64,000 bases of DNA from Carcharhinus longimanus (GCA_030264375.1 JASCQW010000001.1:92369280-92433279), one strand, 5' to 3'; positions 23,915-37,100 are shown, counted from the stretch's first letter. Notes: generated by a model not told the origin, from the letters alone. Numbers and translations are program-made.

Positions 23915-25339
23915 AGGCAGTAGGAAGTTACTGGTTTTGGTAAATTAAAGCAGAATCGGACACTCTATCATGAACAATTAATGGGCTTTATTTTTAAACT
24001 AGTGACAACCTTATTAAAACAATTAACAAACTGAATAAAATACCAATAGAATGGTTTTCAAGTATTACAAGACTCCTTCAGGAATAATGAAATAAATCAT
24101 TACAGAATTCAGTCACTCTCAACTTATATACAAACAAGCGTCTTTTGGAAATATGAACTTTCTTCGGTGATGCTCCCATCTGGAACACTTTCTGAATTGG
24201 TATCTCTTTCCATTTAGATGGTGTTTATGAAGACATACATGAAATTGGAGGATTTACATGAGAGCCTCGCCTTTCCTCCTTCCGACTCAAGAGGTGGCAA
24301 GCATACCCTGACTGATAGCTCCCCTTGTCTGGGTTTATATGCCTGGAATTACCTCACAATATTCTTGTGATCTGAATGGTTTGACACTGTCAATAATCTT
24401 CATATTTGAATTCCATTGCTTGTGTGTCTCTGCGTGCTTGGTCCAATTCCTGTTTTGGTTAGGTTAAAATACTGACTGCTAGGCTTTGGTACAAATGTTG
24501 CAAAAACCTGCTTCTGCAGCCTGCAATTTTAAAGTCCACACATAAAAACAATACTATTAAAGAGATAATGCTATTTGATTTCTTCTTTTCTCTTAGCATT
24601 TCTTTTCACTACTTACATTTGTCAAACACCACATTTTTAACCTTACATATGCAACTTCACAACAGTACAATGTGGCATTTCTCACAGAATAGCTTGAGAA
24701 CTAGGATTGCCATTTTAGAAAAGTGCAAATGGTGGGTAAGATGGTGTGAAATTGTTTCATCAGCTGTTTTGGAAAATGTGGCAGATCAATCTAAATTTAG
24801 AGAAGACATTAGCTTCTCTAAGTTGTATAATTAGGCATTCTAATCTGATTACTTCTCAAAGATAATTATGTTAAAATGCACTCCTCTGTTCAATCATGAC
24901 TGTTAGAATAAATTATATTTAAATTAAGCTTGCAAATTAGACAATGTAAGCTTATTTTCCAGTGAACTCAAAGCCTAATAACACATGACCGTTTGATATT
25001 GTTTAGGAGTCTAAGGTCTCCACTTTCCTCTTCTTTAGATAAATTTCTAATTGCATTGTTAATAATGAACAGCTAAAAAAGTCTAAAATATACCATTCTG
25101 ACCTTGACAGATTACTTTACTGTTCGGGCATGAAAATTACAAGAAATAAGTAGACAGCATTCAAAGCTGAAATTAACACTAATGACTTTCCTAGGTTTGA
25201 ACTATGCTCCAGGTTAATGTATCCCATTGAAAATACATCCATTAACAATATAGCTATTAGTCACAAATACACTGTAAGAAATCATACAGATGGTCACTCA
25301 GTGAACAGTCAACCTCCTGCCAATTGTACATTTTAGCAA

Positions 25340-27320
25340 TTGGCCAAACTGCCCAAATTAAGCACTGTATCCCAAGAAGGAAGAAACATGGTAAGGTGAG
25401 AACGAGGCATCTATGGCTGATGAGGGAAGTCAAGCACTACATAAAAGCAAAAGAAAAATCATACAAAATGGTGAGGATCAGTGGGAGCCAGAGGATTGGG
25501 AAGACTTTGAAAGCGAGCAGAGGACAACTAAAAAAGCAATAAGGGGGGAGAAGGTGAAATATGAGTGTAAGGTAGCTAGTGATATAAAGGAAGATAGGAA
25601 GAGCTTTTTTCAATATATAGAAGGTAAGAGAGAGGCAAAAATAGACATTGGACCACTGGAAAATGAGGCTGGAGAAGTAATAATAGGAAACAAATGTCAG
25701 AGGAACTAAATAGTTACTTTGCATTAGTCTTCACGGTGGAAGACACCAGTGGGATGCTAGAGCTCCGGGAGAATCAGGGGGCACAGGTGAGTGTAGTTGT
25801 CATCAGAAAGGAGAAGGTTCTGGGGAAACGGAAAGGTTTGAAGGTGGATAAGTCACCTGGACTGGATGGAATACACACTAGAGTTCTAAAAGAGATAGCT
25901 GAGGAAATTGTGGAGGCATTGATGGGGATCTTTCAGCAATCACTATAGGCAGGGAGGGTCCCAGGGGTCTGGAAAGTAGCTAATGTAACACCACTGTTTA
26001 ACAAGGAAGGGAGGCAGCAGACGGAATTATAGGCCGGTTATCCTGACTGCCGTCATTGGCAAGATTTTAGAGTCCATTATTAAAAATGAGTTCGCGGAGT
26101 ACTTGGAAGTGTATGATAAAATAGGACTGAGTCAGCACGGCTTCATCAAGGGGAGGTCATGTCTGACAAATCTATTAGCGTTCTTTGAAGAGGTAACAAG
26201 GAAGTTAGATAAAGGAGAACCAGTGAGCATGATTTATTTAGATTTCTAGAAGCCTTTGACAAGGTGCCACATAGGAGACTTAAATAAGTTAAGGGTAAGA
26301 ACCTGGCATAGATAGAGGATTGGCTGACTGGCAGGAGGCAGAGAATGGGGATAAAGGGGTCTTTTTCAGGATAGCAGCTAGTGACTAGTGGTATGCCTCA
26401 GGGGTCGGTGCTGGGACCACAGCTTTAAACAATATACATTTGGAACGATTTGGAAGAAGGAACTGAAGGCACTGTTGCTAAGTTTGCAGATGATATAAAG
26501 ATATGTACAGGGACATGTAGTATTGAGGAAGCAGGGGGGCTGCAGAAGGACTTGGACAGTTTAGGAGAGTGGGTAAAGAAATGGCAGATGGAATACAATG
26601 TGGAAAAGTGTGAGGCTATGCATTTTGGAAGGAGAAATGGAGGCATATGCTATTTTCCAAATGGGGAAATGCTTAGGAAATCAGAAACACAAAGGGACTT
26701 GGGAATCATTGTTCAAGATTCNNNNNNNNNNNNNNNNNNNNNNNNNNNNNNNNGCAAATGCAATGTCAAGAGGGTGAGAATACAATCTTAGGGATGTACT
26801 TGTGAGGCTATATAAGGCTCTGGTCAGACCCCATTTGGAGGATTATGAGCAGTTTTGGGCCCCATATCTAAGGAACAATGTGCTGGCCTTGAAAAGGGTC
26901 CAGAGGAGGTTTACAAGAATGATCCCAGGAATGAAGAGTTTGTCGTATAAGGGGTGGTTGAGGACTCTTGGTCTGCACTCGTTGGAGTTTAGGATGAGGG
27001 GGGATCTTACTGAAACTTACAGGATACTTTGAAGATTGGATAGAATGGACTATTAGGAAAAACTAGAACCAAAGGGCACAAGGGTGCCCTTTAAAACAGA
27101 GGTGAGGAAGAAGAGCGGTGAATATGTGGAACTCTTTGCCACAGAAGACTGTGGAGGCCACGTCATTGAATGTCTTTAAGACAAAGATAGATAGGTTCTT
27201 GATTAATAAGGGGATTAGCAGTTATGGGGATGAGAAAAATATCAGCCATGATTGAATGGCAGAGCAGACTCATTGGGCCAAGTCACCTAATTCTGCTTCT
27301 ATGTCTTATTGTCTTATGGA
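25340..27320 (+). mobile_element. CR1 LINE, ~2 kb 5'-truncated ORF2 pseudogene
   Basis: KSPGLDGIHTRVLKE, SQHGFIKGRSCLTNL, GMPQGSVLGP, KFADD, LYKALVRPHLE; frameshifted; tcttat-repeat tail. Confidence 0.95.
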
Positions 27321-28661
27321 TTCACTCTTTGAAAATAAGTTTTTAGATTTTTCTTTCCAAGGTGTGCAGGATGCTTTAAGGACAAGATTGTACTGCCTTA
27401 TCACCTTAAGCTACCATTGTCCACTGTCTAATTCTTTGTTGAAACTATAATATTAGACACTATCTTGACATTGAGTATCATTTTAATCCTTCTTTTGTAA
27501 GTGTATCCATCATGAATTTTCACATCAGCTACTCCCTTGGTCACACACATGTTGAAATCGCAAGATAATGAAAGCCCCAGGTTACTAACTTCTTGCAGGT
27601 TGTTGCTGGGAGAATTTGAGATAGATAAAGCAAGTAATTATCCGATAAAACAAATAAGCTAAACATGTATTCTTGTGCAGTTAAGATCTTTGCATCACAG
27701 GAGGAGATAAACTATGATATCATCAATCAGCTTCAGTTTCTGCCACTTTCTCACAATCTTCAAAATTCTTAAGTTAGCTGAACAGACATTTTGACCATGT
27801 CAGTTGTGTGCATGAAGCTTCACAAAAAATTTAAACTTGGCAGCACAACATTGGATTATGTCTGTTTAATAGATTTTACAACATTTGTACCTTGTTCCTA
27901 AACATTCCATAGCCTTTAAGTGTTTTTTTTCTTTTTAACCAGTGGCTTTGTTTATGTGTATTAAGACAACTTACAACTCTAAGCAGGTTACTTTAGTTTG
28001 AAAAATCTTTTGATTCAGTCAGTTTCTGTACCTGCCTACAGCCATCATTATTCTGTATTTCATTTTAAAAAACTGGCTCTTCCTCCCTTCAGTTTTCACA
28101 AACCTGAAACAAAAGATATGATTAAAATACAATGAAATTAGTTTAAAAATATTGTAACTTCTGAAGGCAGAATCATGTAAGGTTGATATTCAGGCTTGTA
28201 GAGACAATGGAAGAGGTGTGCCAGAAAATAAAGTGGAACTTCAAATAGCCCACTCAAAGATGGCTGAAAAATGATGATAAGAGTGTCACAGGTCAATTTC
28301 CCACTCATCTCCACCCATTGATGTAAGGGGTGTGGTTGGGGAAAATCCTCTCTTTTCCTAAGAAATGCCACTCATTCTGCCAGCTGACAAACTGAACCTA
28401 TTCTTCCTGGGTGTTTCAGCCACATTGCTCTGTGTCTGTGGTACTACCCATTGAATGTCAAGAGAAAAACGGATACATCCTGTGTTACTGAGGGAATCCT
28501 GTGCAGCATCAAAAGTCCATCCCAAATGCACTCTTGATCCTGTACTCACAACGTGAAATGGGGTGCAAAGCACAACCCAAAGGTGGACTGTGAAGTCCAT
28601 GAATTGGGCAGTTTTTCTAGAATTTCAATCTTGCAAAATATGCAATGCCATTGAATACAAA

Positions 28662-28946
28662 GTAAAAAGTCTGACAACACCAGGTTTTAGTCCAACCTAT
28701 TTATTTGATAATATTCTCACAAGCTTTCGGGTNNNNNNNNNNNNNNNNNNNNNNNNNNNNNNNNNNNNNNNNNNNNNNNNNNNNNNNNNNNNNNNNNNNN
28801 NNNNNNNNNNNNNNNNNNNNNNNNNNNNNNNNCAGACAGTTTAGAGATTACTGATTAAAATGCGAATCCTTACACCTAACCTGCTGTTCAAGACCTGAAG
28901 TGGCTGATACTGTGTTTACGCCAGTCCAACGCCGGCATACCCACAT
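28662..28946. mobile_element. Penelope family B insertion spanning a gap, 13-bp TSD
   Basis: cattgaatacaaa at 28649-28661 and 28947-28959; inverted pLTR start and ccagtccaacgccggcatacccacat tail. Confidence 0.8.
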
Positions 28947-29323
28947 CATTGAATACAAATGCATTGATAGAAACAGAACACCAAACATGAAACATTTGTA
29001 ATAAAAATCTTTTAACATATTTTAATTAGATAAGAAAAAGCTAAATTGTTTGTGTTGAAAAATTCATGAATCCAACTGTAAAGAGTGCAACATTTTTGCT
29101 GAGTAACAAGTTCAAAAAAGCCATTTTATCTCTGGCATCTAACTTGTGACTTGTATTACAAAGAAATAGTTAGGGTATTTTTCCTGTAGGAGACTCTGAC
29201 ATGGAAACCACTGTGACAAGTTACATGAATGGAGTGAATGGCCTATTACTGTAAAGATCTGGAGGAAGTTGTCTGTTATAGAATTAATGTATGAACATCA
29301 TTATAAAACAGCAGTCCAGAAGT

Positions 29324-29850
29324 TGGGCAGCACGATGGCACAGAGGTTAGCACTGCTGCCTCACAGCGCCAGGGACCTGGATTAGATTCCAGCCTTGAGT
29401 GACTGACTTTGTGGAGTTGCACACTCTCCCTGTGTCTGTGTGGGTTTCCTCTGGATGCTCTGGTTTCTTTCCACAGTCCAAAGATGTGCAGGTTAGGTTG
29501 ATTGGCCATGCTAAATTGCCCCTTAGTATCAGGGTGACTAGCAGGGCAAACTGATTAAGTGGTTAATTAATCAAGCATATGGGATTCTTGCCTCTACAAA
29601 TAAGGATATTGAATACATGGAAGTCATGCTAAACCTTTACGAATGTCTGGTTAGGTCTCAACTATACTGTCATGGATAATTCGAGGCACAACCCTTTATG
29701 AAGGATTTAGGAAGGCCCTAACGAATGTCTAGAAGAGCCAGGATGATATTAGGAATACATGGGGTTTTGCGAATAGGGCCTGGTTGAGATTGTTGTCGGT
29801 GCAGACTCGATGTGCCAAATGGCCTCCTTTTGCTCTGTAGAGATTCTATA
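29324..29850 (+). mobile_element. HE1-like V-SINE containing a 209-bp foreign insert (29549-29757)
   Basis: SINE reads ...agcagggcaaa | insert | tacatgggg...ttctat. Confidence 0.85.
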
Positions 29851-29989
29851 TAAACAAAATAACTGTGGAAATGAGGAGACATCTTTAAAAGTACAAGTTG
29901 AAATGATGTAATCAGATTTTTGCAAGCATAAATGAAAATAGTGTGTTACGCTAGCCGTTTTTATAGATGAATGCACAGATAGTAAGATA

Positions 29990-31715
29990 TTACCTATGTT
30001 GCTGAGGAAAGCCAGAACAGAAATAACTGAAGCTCTGACATTGATCTTTCCTTCCTCTTTGGATATGGGTCAGAGAATTGCAAATATCACGTCTCTGATC
30101 AAAAGAAAGGGGAGGGCATCAGCCTAGTAAATATAGGGCAGTCAGTCTAACATCAGCTGTGGGAAAACAACAAAGGGAAAAACAAATCTCACAATGTATA
30201 GCATGGGTAAATAACATACAACCAGCACAAATATGTTAACAGCAAATCATTTTTGACTAACTTGATTGAATTGTTTAATCTAATAATAGAGAGCGTTGAT
30301 GACGGTTGCAAGGTTGATGTTTAATACACTTTCAAAAGACATCTTATTAAAAAAGTTTGAAAAGTAGAAGTGGTGATCTTGAAGAATTATGGTAAAGTGG
30401 GTTCATAATTAACTAAAGTATAGGAGACAGATAGCAGTGAGTGAACAGATTTTTTTTTATCTGAATGGAGAGCTGTATGCAGTAGGGTCTCCAAGGATCC
30501 CAGATTAAGAAAATTGTTTTTTTGATTTGTGTGCAGATGGCCCTGACTTGTTTATAGGAAATACAATTTTGAAGTTTACACTCAGTTGGCAAAGTGATTG
30601 ATAGTGAGCAATATAATGGCAAACTTCAGGAGGAGAAAGACTGAGAAATGGGGAGACACATGGCAAACACAATTTAATAGAGATGTGTGAAGTTATTTGT
30701 GAGAAACAACAGGAGGGGCATTGCATTCTAAAAGGTACTATTCTGAGGGAGGAGTGCAAGAATTGAGGGGACCAGGGCTGCATATTCATAAAACTTTGAA
30801 GATGGCAGGACCAACTGATTAGGTGGTTAATTAATCAAGCATATGGGATTCTTACCTTTGCAAATAAGGATATTGAATACGTGGAAGTCATGCTAAACCT
30901 TTACAAATCTCTGGTTAGATCTCAACTATAGTATCATGGATAATTTGAGGCACCACACTTCATGAAGGATTTAGGAAGGCCCTAACGAGTGTCCAGAAGA
31001 GCCAGGATGATCCTAGGAATAAGATGTTCAGGTAGGTAGAAAGATTGGAAAATCTGGGATTGTTTCTTTAGAGTAGACAAGGTTAAGGAGCAACCTGGAG
31101 ATATTTCATATTAGGAAGGGCTATGATAGAGCTAGGAAGGAGAAATTATTCCCTCTGGCAAGTGGCTCATTAGCAGAGGTGACAGATTTAAAGCAATTGG
31201 CAAATGAAGATAAATTTCTTTGCAAATAATTATTAAGTTTTNNNNNNNNNNNNNNNNNNNNNNNNNNNNNNNNNNNNNNNNNNNNNNNNNNNNNNNNNNN
31301 NNNNNNNNNNNNNNNNNNNNNNNNNNNNNNNNNNNNNNNNNATTGGCAAATGAAGATAAATTTCTTTGCACATAATTATTAAGTTTTGGGACCAGATTCT
31401 TCGACTTCACTCACAGATGAGATTCTCCCATCCCACTACAATGAACAGAAATTTGGCTGAACAGCAAATTCTCCATCCTCGCTGGCAGTGGCGATGGGAC
31501 ATGAATGGCCTGAGAATTCTTGCCCTGGAATGCATTTCCTGAAAGTTTGCAGAATCCGATTCCCATGGAACGTTTAAAAGGCAATTGAACACATACTTGA
31601 AGAGAACTAATTTGCTAACTTGGGGGAGAAAAGGTGGGCTGTGAGATTAAATTGGACATCTCTTTTAAAGAGCCAGTACAAACATCATGGGCTCAATGGC
31701 CTCAATACATGCTGT
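29990..31715 (+). mobile_element. Old CR1 LINE (heavily decayed) with MITE at about 31390-31524
   Basis: YRAVSLTS, KS.LTNLIE, LNLYKSLVR.QL, CR1-type 3' UTR. Confidence 0.8.
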
Positions 31716-32144
31716 GAGAATGACAGCGAGGAATTTGAAAGGTTAATCATCCTAGCTCAATTCATACATGTAAGTAAAAACATAGAAAGATCCACAGCAC
31801 AAAAGAAGACCATTTGAGCCATTTCTCTGTGCTGGTTATAAAAGAACTAATTCCACCTTTCCTCTGGTCTACGATACTTCTTAGAATCCTGTCATTTATT
31901 TCATATTCCTTTGTTTTGTTTATCCTTCTCCAGATTGGATTCCATTTAACATTTTTCTTCCCACCCGATCACTCCATTGATATCTTCCTGCACTTGTCAG
32001 CTTTATTTCTTACTATCAACAACATGGCCAATTGTGGTGTCATCATTTAGGTCTAAACTTCTGATTCATCATGAATCTCAAGGGATCCAGTACTGAGTCC
32101 TTTGGGACCCAAATGGAAACAAATCTACTATAATCCTTTGCTCT

Positions 32145-32315
32145 CTATCATAGAATCCCTTCATAATAGAAGTAGACCATTCAGCTCACCGAGTCTGTAC
32201 TGACCACANNNNNNNNNNNNNNNNNNNNNNNNNNNNNNNNNNNNNNNNNNNNNNNNNNGCCTACCATTAGGCTCAATATAGCCTGGCCAGTCAACCTAAC
32301 CTGCACATTTTTGGA
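32145..32315 (-). mobile_element. HE1-like SINE 3' half (gapped)
   Basis: atcatagaatccc tail; ggccagtcaacctaacctgcacatt. Confidence 0.7.
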
Positions 32316-33120
32316 TAATGGGCTAATTTTGGATCCAACTTGCCACTTACCATTGGACTCCAGGAACTTTTACTTTACTGACCATCCTGCTATATGGAGC
32401 TTTATCAAAAGCCTTTCTAAAATCCATGTTGGCTATAGCAAAACTATTACTTCACTAACTCTTTGTAGCTGCCTCAAAAATTTCAATCAAGTTAGTCAGA
32501 CATGACCTTCCCTTAACAAATCCATGCTGCATGTCCTTATTTAATCTGCATCTTTCTAAATGATGATTTGTGCTGCTTCTCAGAATTCCTTCTAATAATT
32601 TGCCCACTTCTGATGTTAGGCTGACTGACCTGCAATTACTCAGAATATCCTTTCCTACTTTTTTAAACAATAGCAGAATGTTAATAGCCCTCCAGTCCTC
32701 TGGCACTATGCCTATAGCCAAGGAGAATTGAAAGATAATGATCAGAGTTTCTGTTATAATTTCCCTTGTTTCCATTAGTGACCATGAATATATTTCATCT
32801 GAACCAGGCAATCTATCCAATTTCAACTATGCTAAACACTTTAATATTTCCTACCTCATTGTTTATTCCCTCCAATAGTTCAAACTCCTCCTCCTTAATT
32901 ACAATGCCTGGTTCATACACCTCTTTTGTAAAAACAGGTGCAAAATGTTCATTAAAAGCTACATCCACATCTTCCATTGCTACACAAAAAATTACCTTTT
33001 TCATCTCTAATGGGTCCTATTCTTTCAACGTTATGTCTGTGTTTTGCCTATTCATAAAACATTTTTGAGTTTTCCTTGATTTTACTTGCCTCTCTTTACT
33101 TTCCTGAATTCATTTTTAAT
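32316..33120 (-). mobile_element. CR1 RT fragment
   Basis: ORF 32455-32826: GIVPEDWR, QHGFVKGRSCLTNLIE. Confidence 0.9.
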
Positions 33121-33717
33121 ATACAATTGATGCCTGTCAGTTAGCACTTTGAATGATTACATTCATCACAATATTTTTATCAACTCATGTGTAATTTCAA
33201 TTCAATTTGTCCATTACAATGAATGCAATGACAATACAGTACTCAAGTAAATGTGTTATCCCATTTCCACTTGGAGCAAAAACAGTTTAGATGTCACTTA
33301 ATATGCTGACAAAGAGCAGCACACAACACACCACCAATTATTGCCCCCAAATCCATACCAGGCAGCAGCTCATACTACTAATAACGTGAATTAAAATACT
33401 AATGTGACTGGAAATGCAAGCTTGACAACGCAATAAGGAGTTGAAATGGAACCAACAGGCACAATGTTGAGGAATGCAGCAATAGTTGTTAATGGGTGTG
33501 GTTTCTAGTGAAGGGTATTAGAATTCATGCTTGAAGTTGAATAGTCTATTGTATTCATCCACAAGTGCTACACCTTGTTTGAACCATGGTTATCTGTTCC
33601 AGAATCCAATACGGGATACCTACCTACAGAAGTGTAGGTCACAACACAATTGGGATGATCACCCACCTTTTCCTAATGAGGTTTTGAATTCAATAATGCA
33701 TGAGTGACTTTAACTTT

Positions 33718-34666
33718 AATGTGGAGATGCCAGCGTTGCACTGGGGTAAGCACAGTAAGAAGTCTCACAACACCAGGTTAAAGTCCAACAAGTTTTTTTG
33801 GTAGCAAAAGCCACTAGCTTTCGGAGTGCTGCTCCTTCATCGGGTAAGTGGAAGTTCTGTTCACAAACAGGGCATATAAGGACACAAACTCAATTTACAA
33901 AATAATGGTTGGAGTGCGAGTCTTTACGGTATTCAAGCCTTAAAGATACAGACAATGTGAGTGGAGAGAAGGTTAAGCGCAGGTTACAGAGATGTGTATT
34001 GTCTCCGGCCAGCACAGTTAGTGAGATTTTGCAACTTGTTATACTTGCAACTCAGCCAACGTTGTCTCCCTGATACGCTGCAGGAAAGGATGTCCCAAGG
34101 CATGGTACATTGGGGACACTATGCAGACACTACAACAACAAATGAATGAATACTGCTCGACAATCGCCAAGCAGGAGCATTCTCTTCCTGTTGGGGAATA
34201 CAGCGGTCATGGCATTTGGCCTCTGATCTTTGGGTAAGCGGTCTTCAAAGCAGCCTTAACGACATACAACAAGTCAGAGTCGCTGAGCGGAGACTTGGTG
34301 GCCAAATTCTGCACTCATTAGGACGCCCTCAGTTGGGATCTTGGGTTCATGTCACACTACCTGTAACCCCCTTGACTTGCCTGGGCTTGCAAAATCTCAC
34401 TAACTGTCCTGGCTGGAGATAATAGACATTCTTTAACCTGAGCTTAATCCTCTCTCCACGCACATTGTCTGTACCTTTAAGATTTGATTACCTGTAAACA
34501 CTCGCATTCCAACCATTATTATGTAAATTGAGTTTGTGTCTTTATATGCCCTGTTTGTGAACAGAACTCACGCTTACCTGATGAAGGAGCAGCGCTCCGA
34601 AAGCTAGTGGCTTTTGCTACCAAATAAACCTGTTGGACTTTAACCTGGTGGGGTGAGACTTCTTAC
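33718..34666 (+). mobile_element. Penelope-like family A: GIY-YIG endonuclease remnant flanked by ~280-bp inverted pLTRs
   Basis: CNSANVVSLIRCRKGCPKAWYIGDTMQTL...DLGFMSHYL*; inverted arms 33755-34034 and 34387-34666. Confidence 0.92.
34575..34609 (+). ncRNA. Minimal hammerhead ribozyme (intact core)
   Basis: uac CUGAUGA a ggagc-agc-gcucc GAAA gcua gug. Confidence 0.78.
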
Positions 34667-34739
34667 CAAATCAGGAGAGGCACTGTAGGCTCGATCACAG
34701 ATTCAGAAGAGGAGGTGCTCAGTATCAGTTGCCTCTTCA

Positions 34740-35075
34740 AAACAAGGCACGCTGCTGTCTTACTTACTCTGACAGCATCTTTCCAAAAACCATGACTTCT
34801 ACTGCCTGGAAGGACAAGGGCAGCAGGTACTTTGGAACACCACAGCCTGTAAGTTTTCTTCCAAGCCATGCACCGCCCTGACTAAGTTCCTTCACTGTTG
34901 CTGGGTCAAAAACCTCAGACTGCCTCCCTAAAAGCGCTGTGGGTATAGTTGTACCACATTGGCTGAGACAATTCAAGATGGCAGCTTGCCACCTCCTTCT
35001 CAGGGGCCATTAAGATGGACAATACATGCTGGCCTTGCCAGTGACACCCAGACTCCTTGAACACATTTTTAAAAT
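34740..35075 (+). mobile_element. Family-T LINE 3' end
   Basis: Colinear with about 2620-2938. Confidence 0.8.
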
Positions 35076-35323
35076 AGACAATAATGACCTGGCCATTGTT
35101 AATAATTGAGCACATCTTCTCAGGGAGCCTCCGTCTTGGTGTGGCCTTGTTTCCTCCGGCCTGCCACAGCACCAGCCTTCTTCCCCTGAGGTCCTGCCTG
35201 CAGGGTATCGCTGCAGGCCCCTTCCTATTAGACCAGCCCGGTGCCCTTCCCTCCTGCCATCCTTAATTGGATGGTGCTCCCTGAGCTGGCCTCCGAATTG
35301 ACTCTCTGAGGTGTGGCCTTATT

Positions 35324-35617
35324 AAAGTTTATTTATCAGTCACAAGTAAGCTTGCATTAACGCCGCAATGAAGTTACTGTGAAATTCCCCGAGTCGCCGC
35401 ACTCCGGCACCTGTTCGGGTACACCGAGGGAGAATTTAGCATGGCCAGTGCACCTAAGCAGCATGTCTTTCGGGCTGTGGGAGGAAACCGGAGGAAACCC
35501 ACGCAGACACGGGGAGAATGTGCAAACTCCACGCAGACAGTGACCCAAGCCGGGAATCGAACCTGGGTCCCTGGTGCTGTGAGGCAGCAGTGCTAACCAC
35601 TGCGCCACTGTGCCATC
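35324..35617 (-). mobile_element. HE1-like V-SINE with Rex1-type tail
   Basis: CpG-rich copy with the same tail as 4573 and 50597. Confidence 0.88.
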
Positions 35618-36304
35618 CCTCATGGTTGATCTCTTCTTAATTTTCATAGAATCTCTATAGTACAGAAGGACATCATTCGTCATCGCTCCGCTCTCTATGT
35701 CTACCTTGTCAATCCCCGTTAGTATCTTACATACTTCAATTAGATCAAATTCTTTAAGCGCTTTCAGAAAATTCAGAGCAAGGTGGTTGCAATATCCTGA
35801 ACAGAAAGTTTAAAAAGCTGCCTTGTTGAATCTTTCCTGAGTTGTGAATGTTTAGCCTTTGGTTTTAACATGTCTGTGGAGTGTTACTAAAGTACACTTG
35901 TTCTCAACTCCAATATTTTTTCCAAGAAACAATGGGTTTGCATTTGGTGACCAAGTTTCCTCCACCTTCAGCTCAGTGGCTGAAGATACTTTGGGGGCAG
36001 GTGGAGGTGCTGGGTCACAAAAGCTGACTGATAGCAGCAGAGGCGGTGACAGGCCTCTGTGTTATCAGAGCACAGAATCCTGCACAAGCGCAATTGCGAC
36101 CCCTGCTGCTATCATCTGGCTTTTAGACAATTCCCCCACTACCTCTGCTGGCGAATTTCAAGTTTGTCAAGATTTTTTTGCATAATTCAGGTAAGATTTG
36201 ATTTTTAAGTTGCCCTGAAAAAAGGCATGAATTTCTCCCACTTTCACACTCGTTTGGCACACGCAATTTTTTTGGTCCCCTCTGTGCTTTTGTTCCCCAT
36301 TATT

Positions 36305-36560
36305 CTGTCACGGGATGTGGATGGCGCTGACTGGGACAGCATTTGTTACCCATCCCTAGTTGCTCTTGAGCTGAGAGCATTTCTGAGAGTTGTTAAGAGT
36401 CAAACACATTGCCACGGGTCTCAAGTCACAATTAGGCCAGACCAGGTAATAATGGCAGATTTCCTTCCCTGAAGGGCATTAGTGAATGCGATGGGTGTTC
36501 TGTGCCCATCATTACCAGGACTAGTTTTCAATCCTAGATTTTACTGATTAAATTCAATTG
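36305..36560 (-). mobile_element. Family-T SINE, 3' part
   Basis: gggatgtggatggcgctgactggg...ttaagagtcaa...ttccttccctgaagggcattagtgaa. Confidence 0.78.
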
Positions 36561-37100
36561 TCTCTTTACTTCAGAGTCCCCTCGTTTATTCTTCCTTGAA
36601 TTTCTTCTGAGCGAAGCCTTAGTCTCTGTTAGCTCTCTGACACTTAACTTCAGTTGTCTGAACTCTTTCTGTTACAAGTCCCTGCTGCCTTGTTTTCTTG
36701 GAAGTTTGCAGCTTTGCATCCCCCTTCCTGTCCAGCTACTCCTGGCTGAGTTGAGAGAGAGCTGTTCACTATTCCATAACTTATCTCCAACTGCCTCTGG
36801 GTGCCAGCTAAAACTACAGAACAAAGAACATTTTTTGCCTTACCTTACAAGGTTGCTTGTAAGCCCCTGTTTGCTAAGCGACGAGATGTACTCTTCCCAT
36901 TGTAGCTCTCTAAACACAATAGAGTCCCAGCTGGAATTGAAACTAACCATCACATATACAAACGTCTTTGTCCAGGATGAAATCTAACCATAAGTTTCCT
37001 TCAGGCACAGAGACATTAAATTAAACCCACTTAAAACTTTAGCTTATTTCTAATGTTAACCACTGCAAATCCTTTAAAACTACCTGAATATATTGGATTG
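36561..37100 (-). mobile_element. LTR-like fragment
   Basis: Composition and motifs resemble a retroelement LTR; termini and TSD not identified. Confidence 0.3.

Noticed and set aside
31196-31387. ~45-bp direct repeat on both sides of an N gap
   Set aside because: Near-identical gap flanks are typical of unmerged contig overlap.
35859-36195. 108-aa ORF ending near a caggtaag donor-like site
   Set aside because: No recognisable protein, a stop precedes the donor, and there is no clear acceptor.
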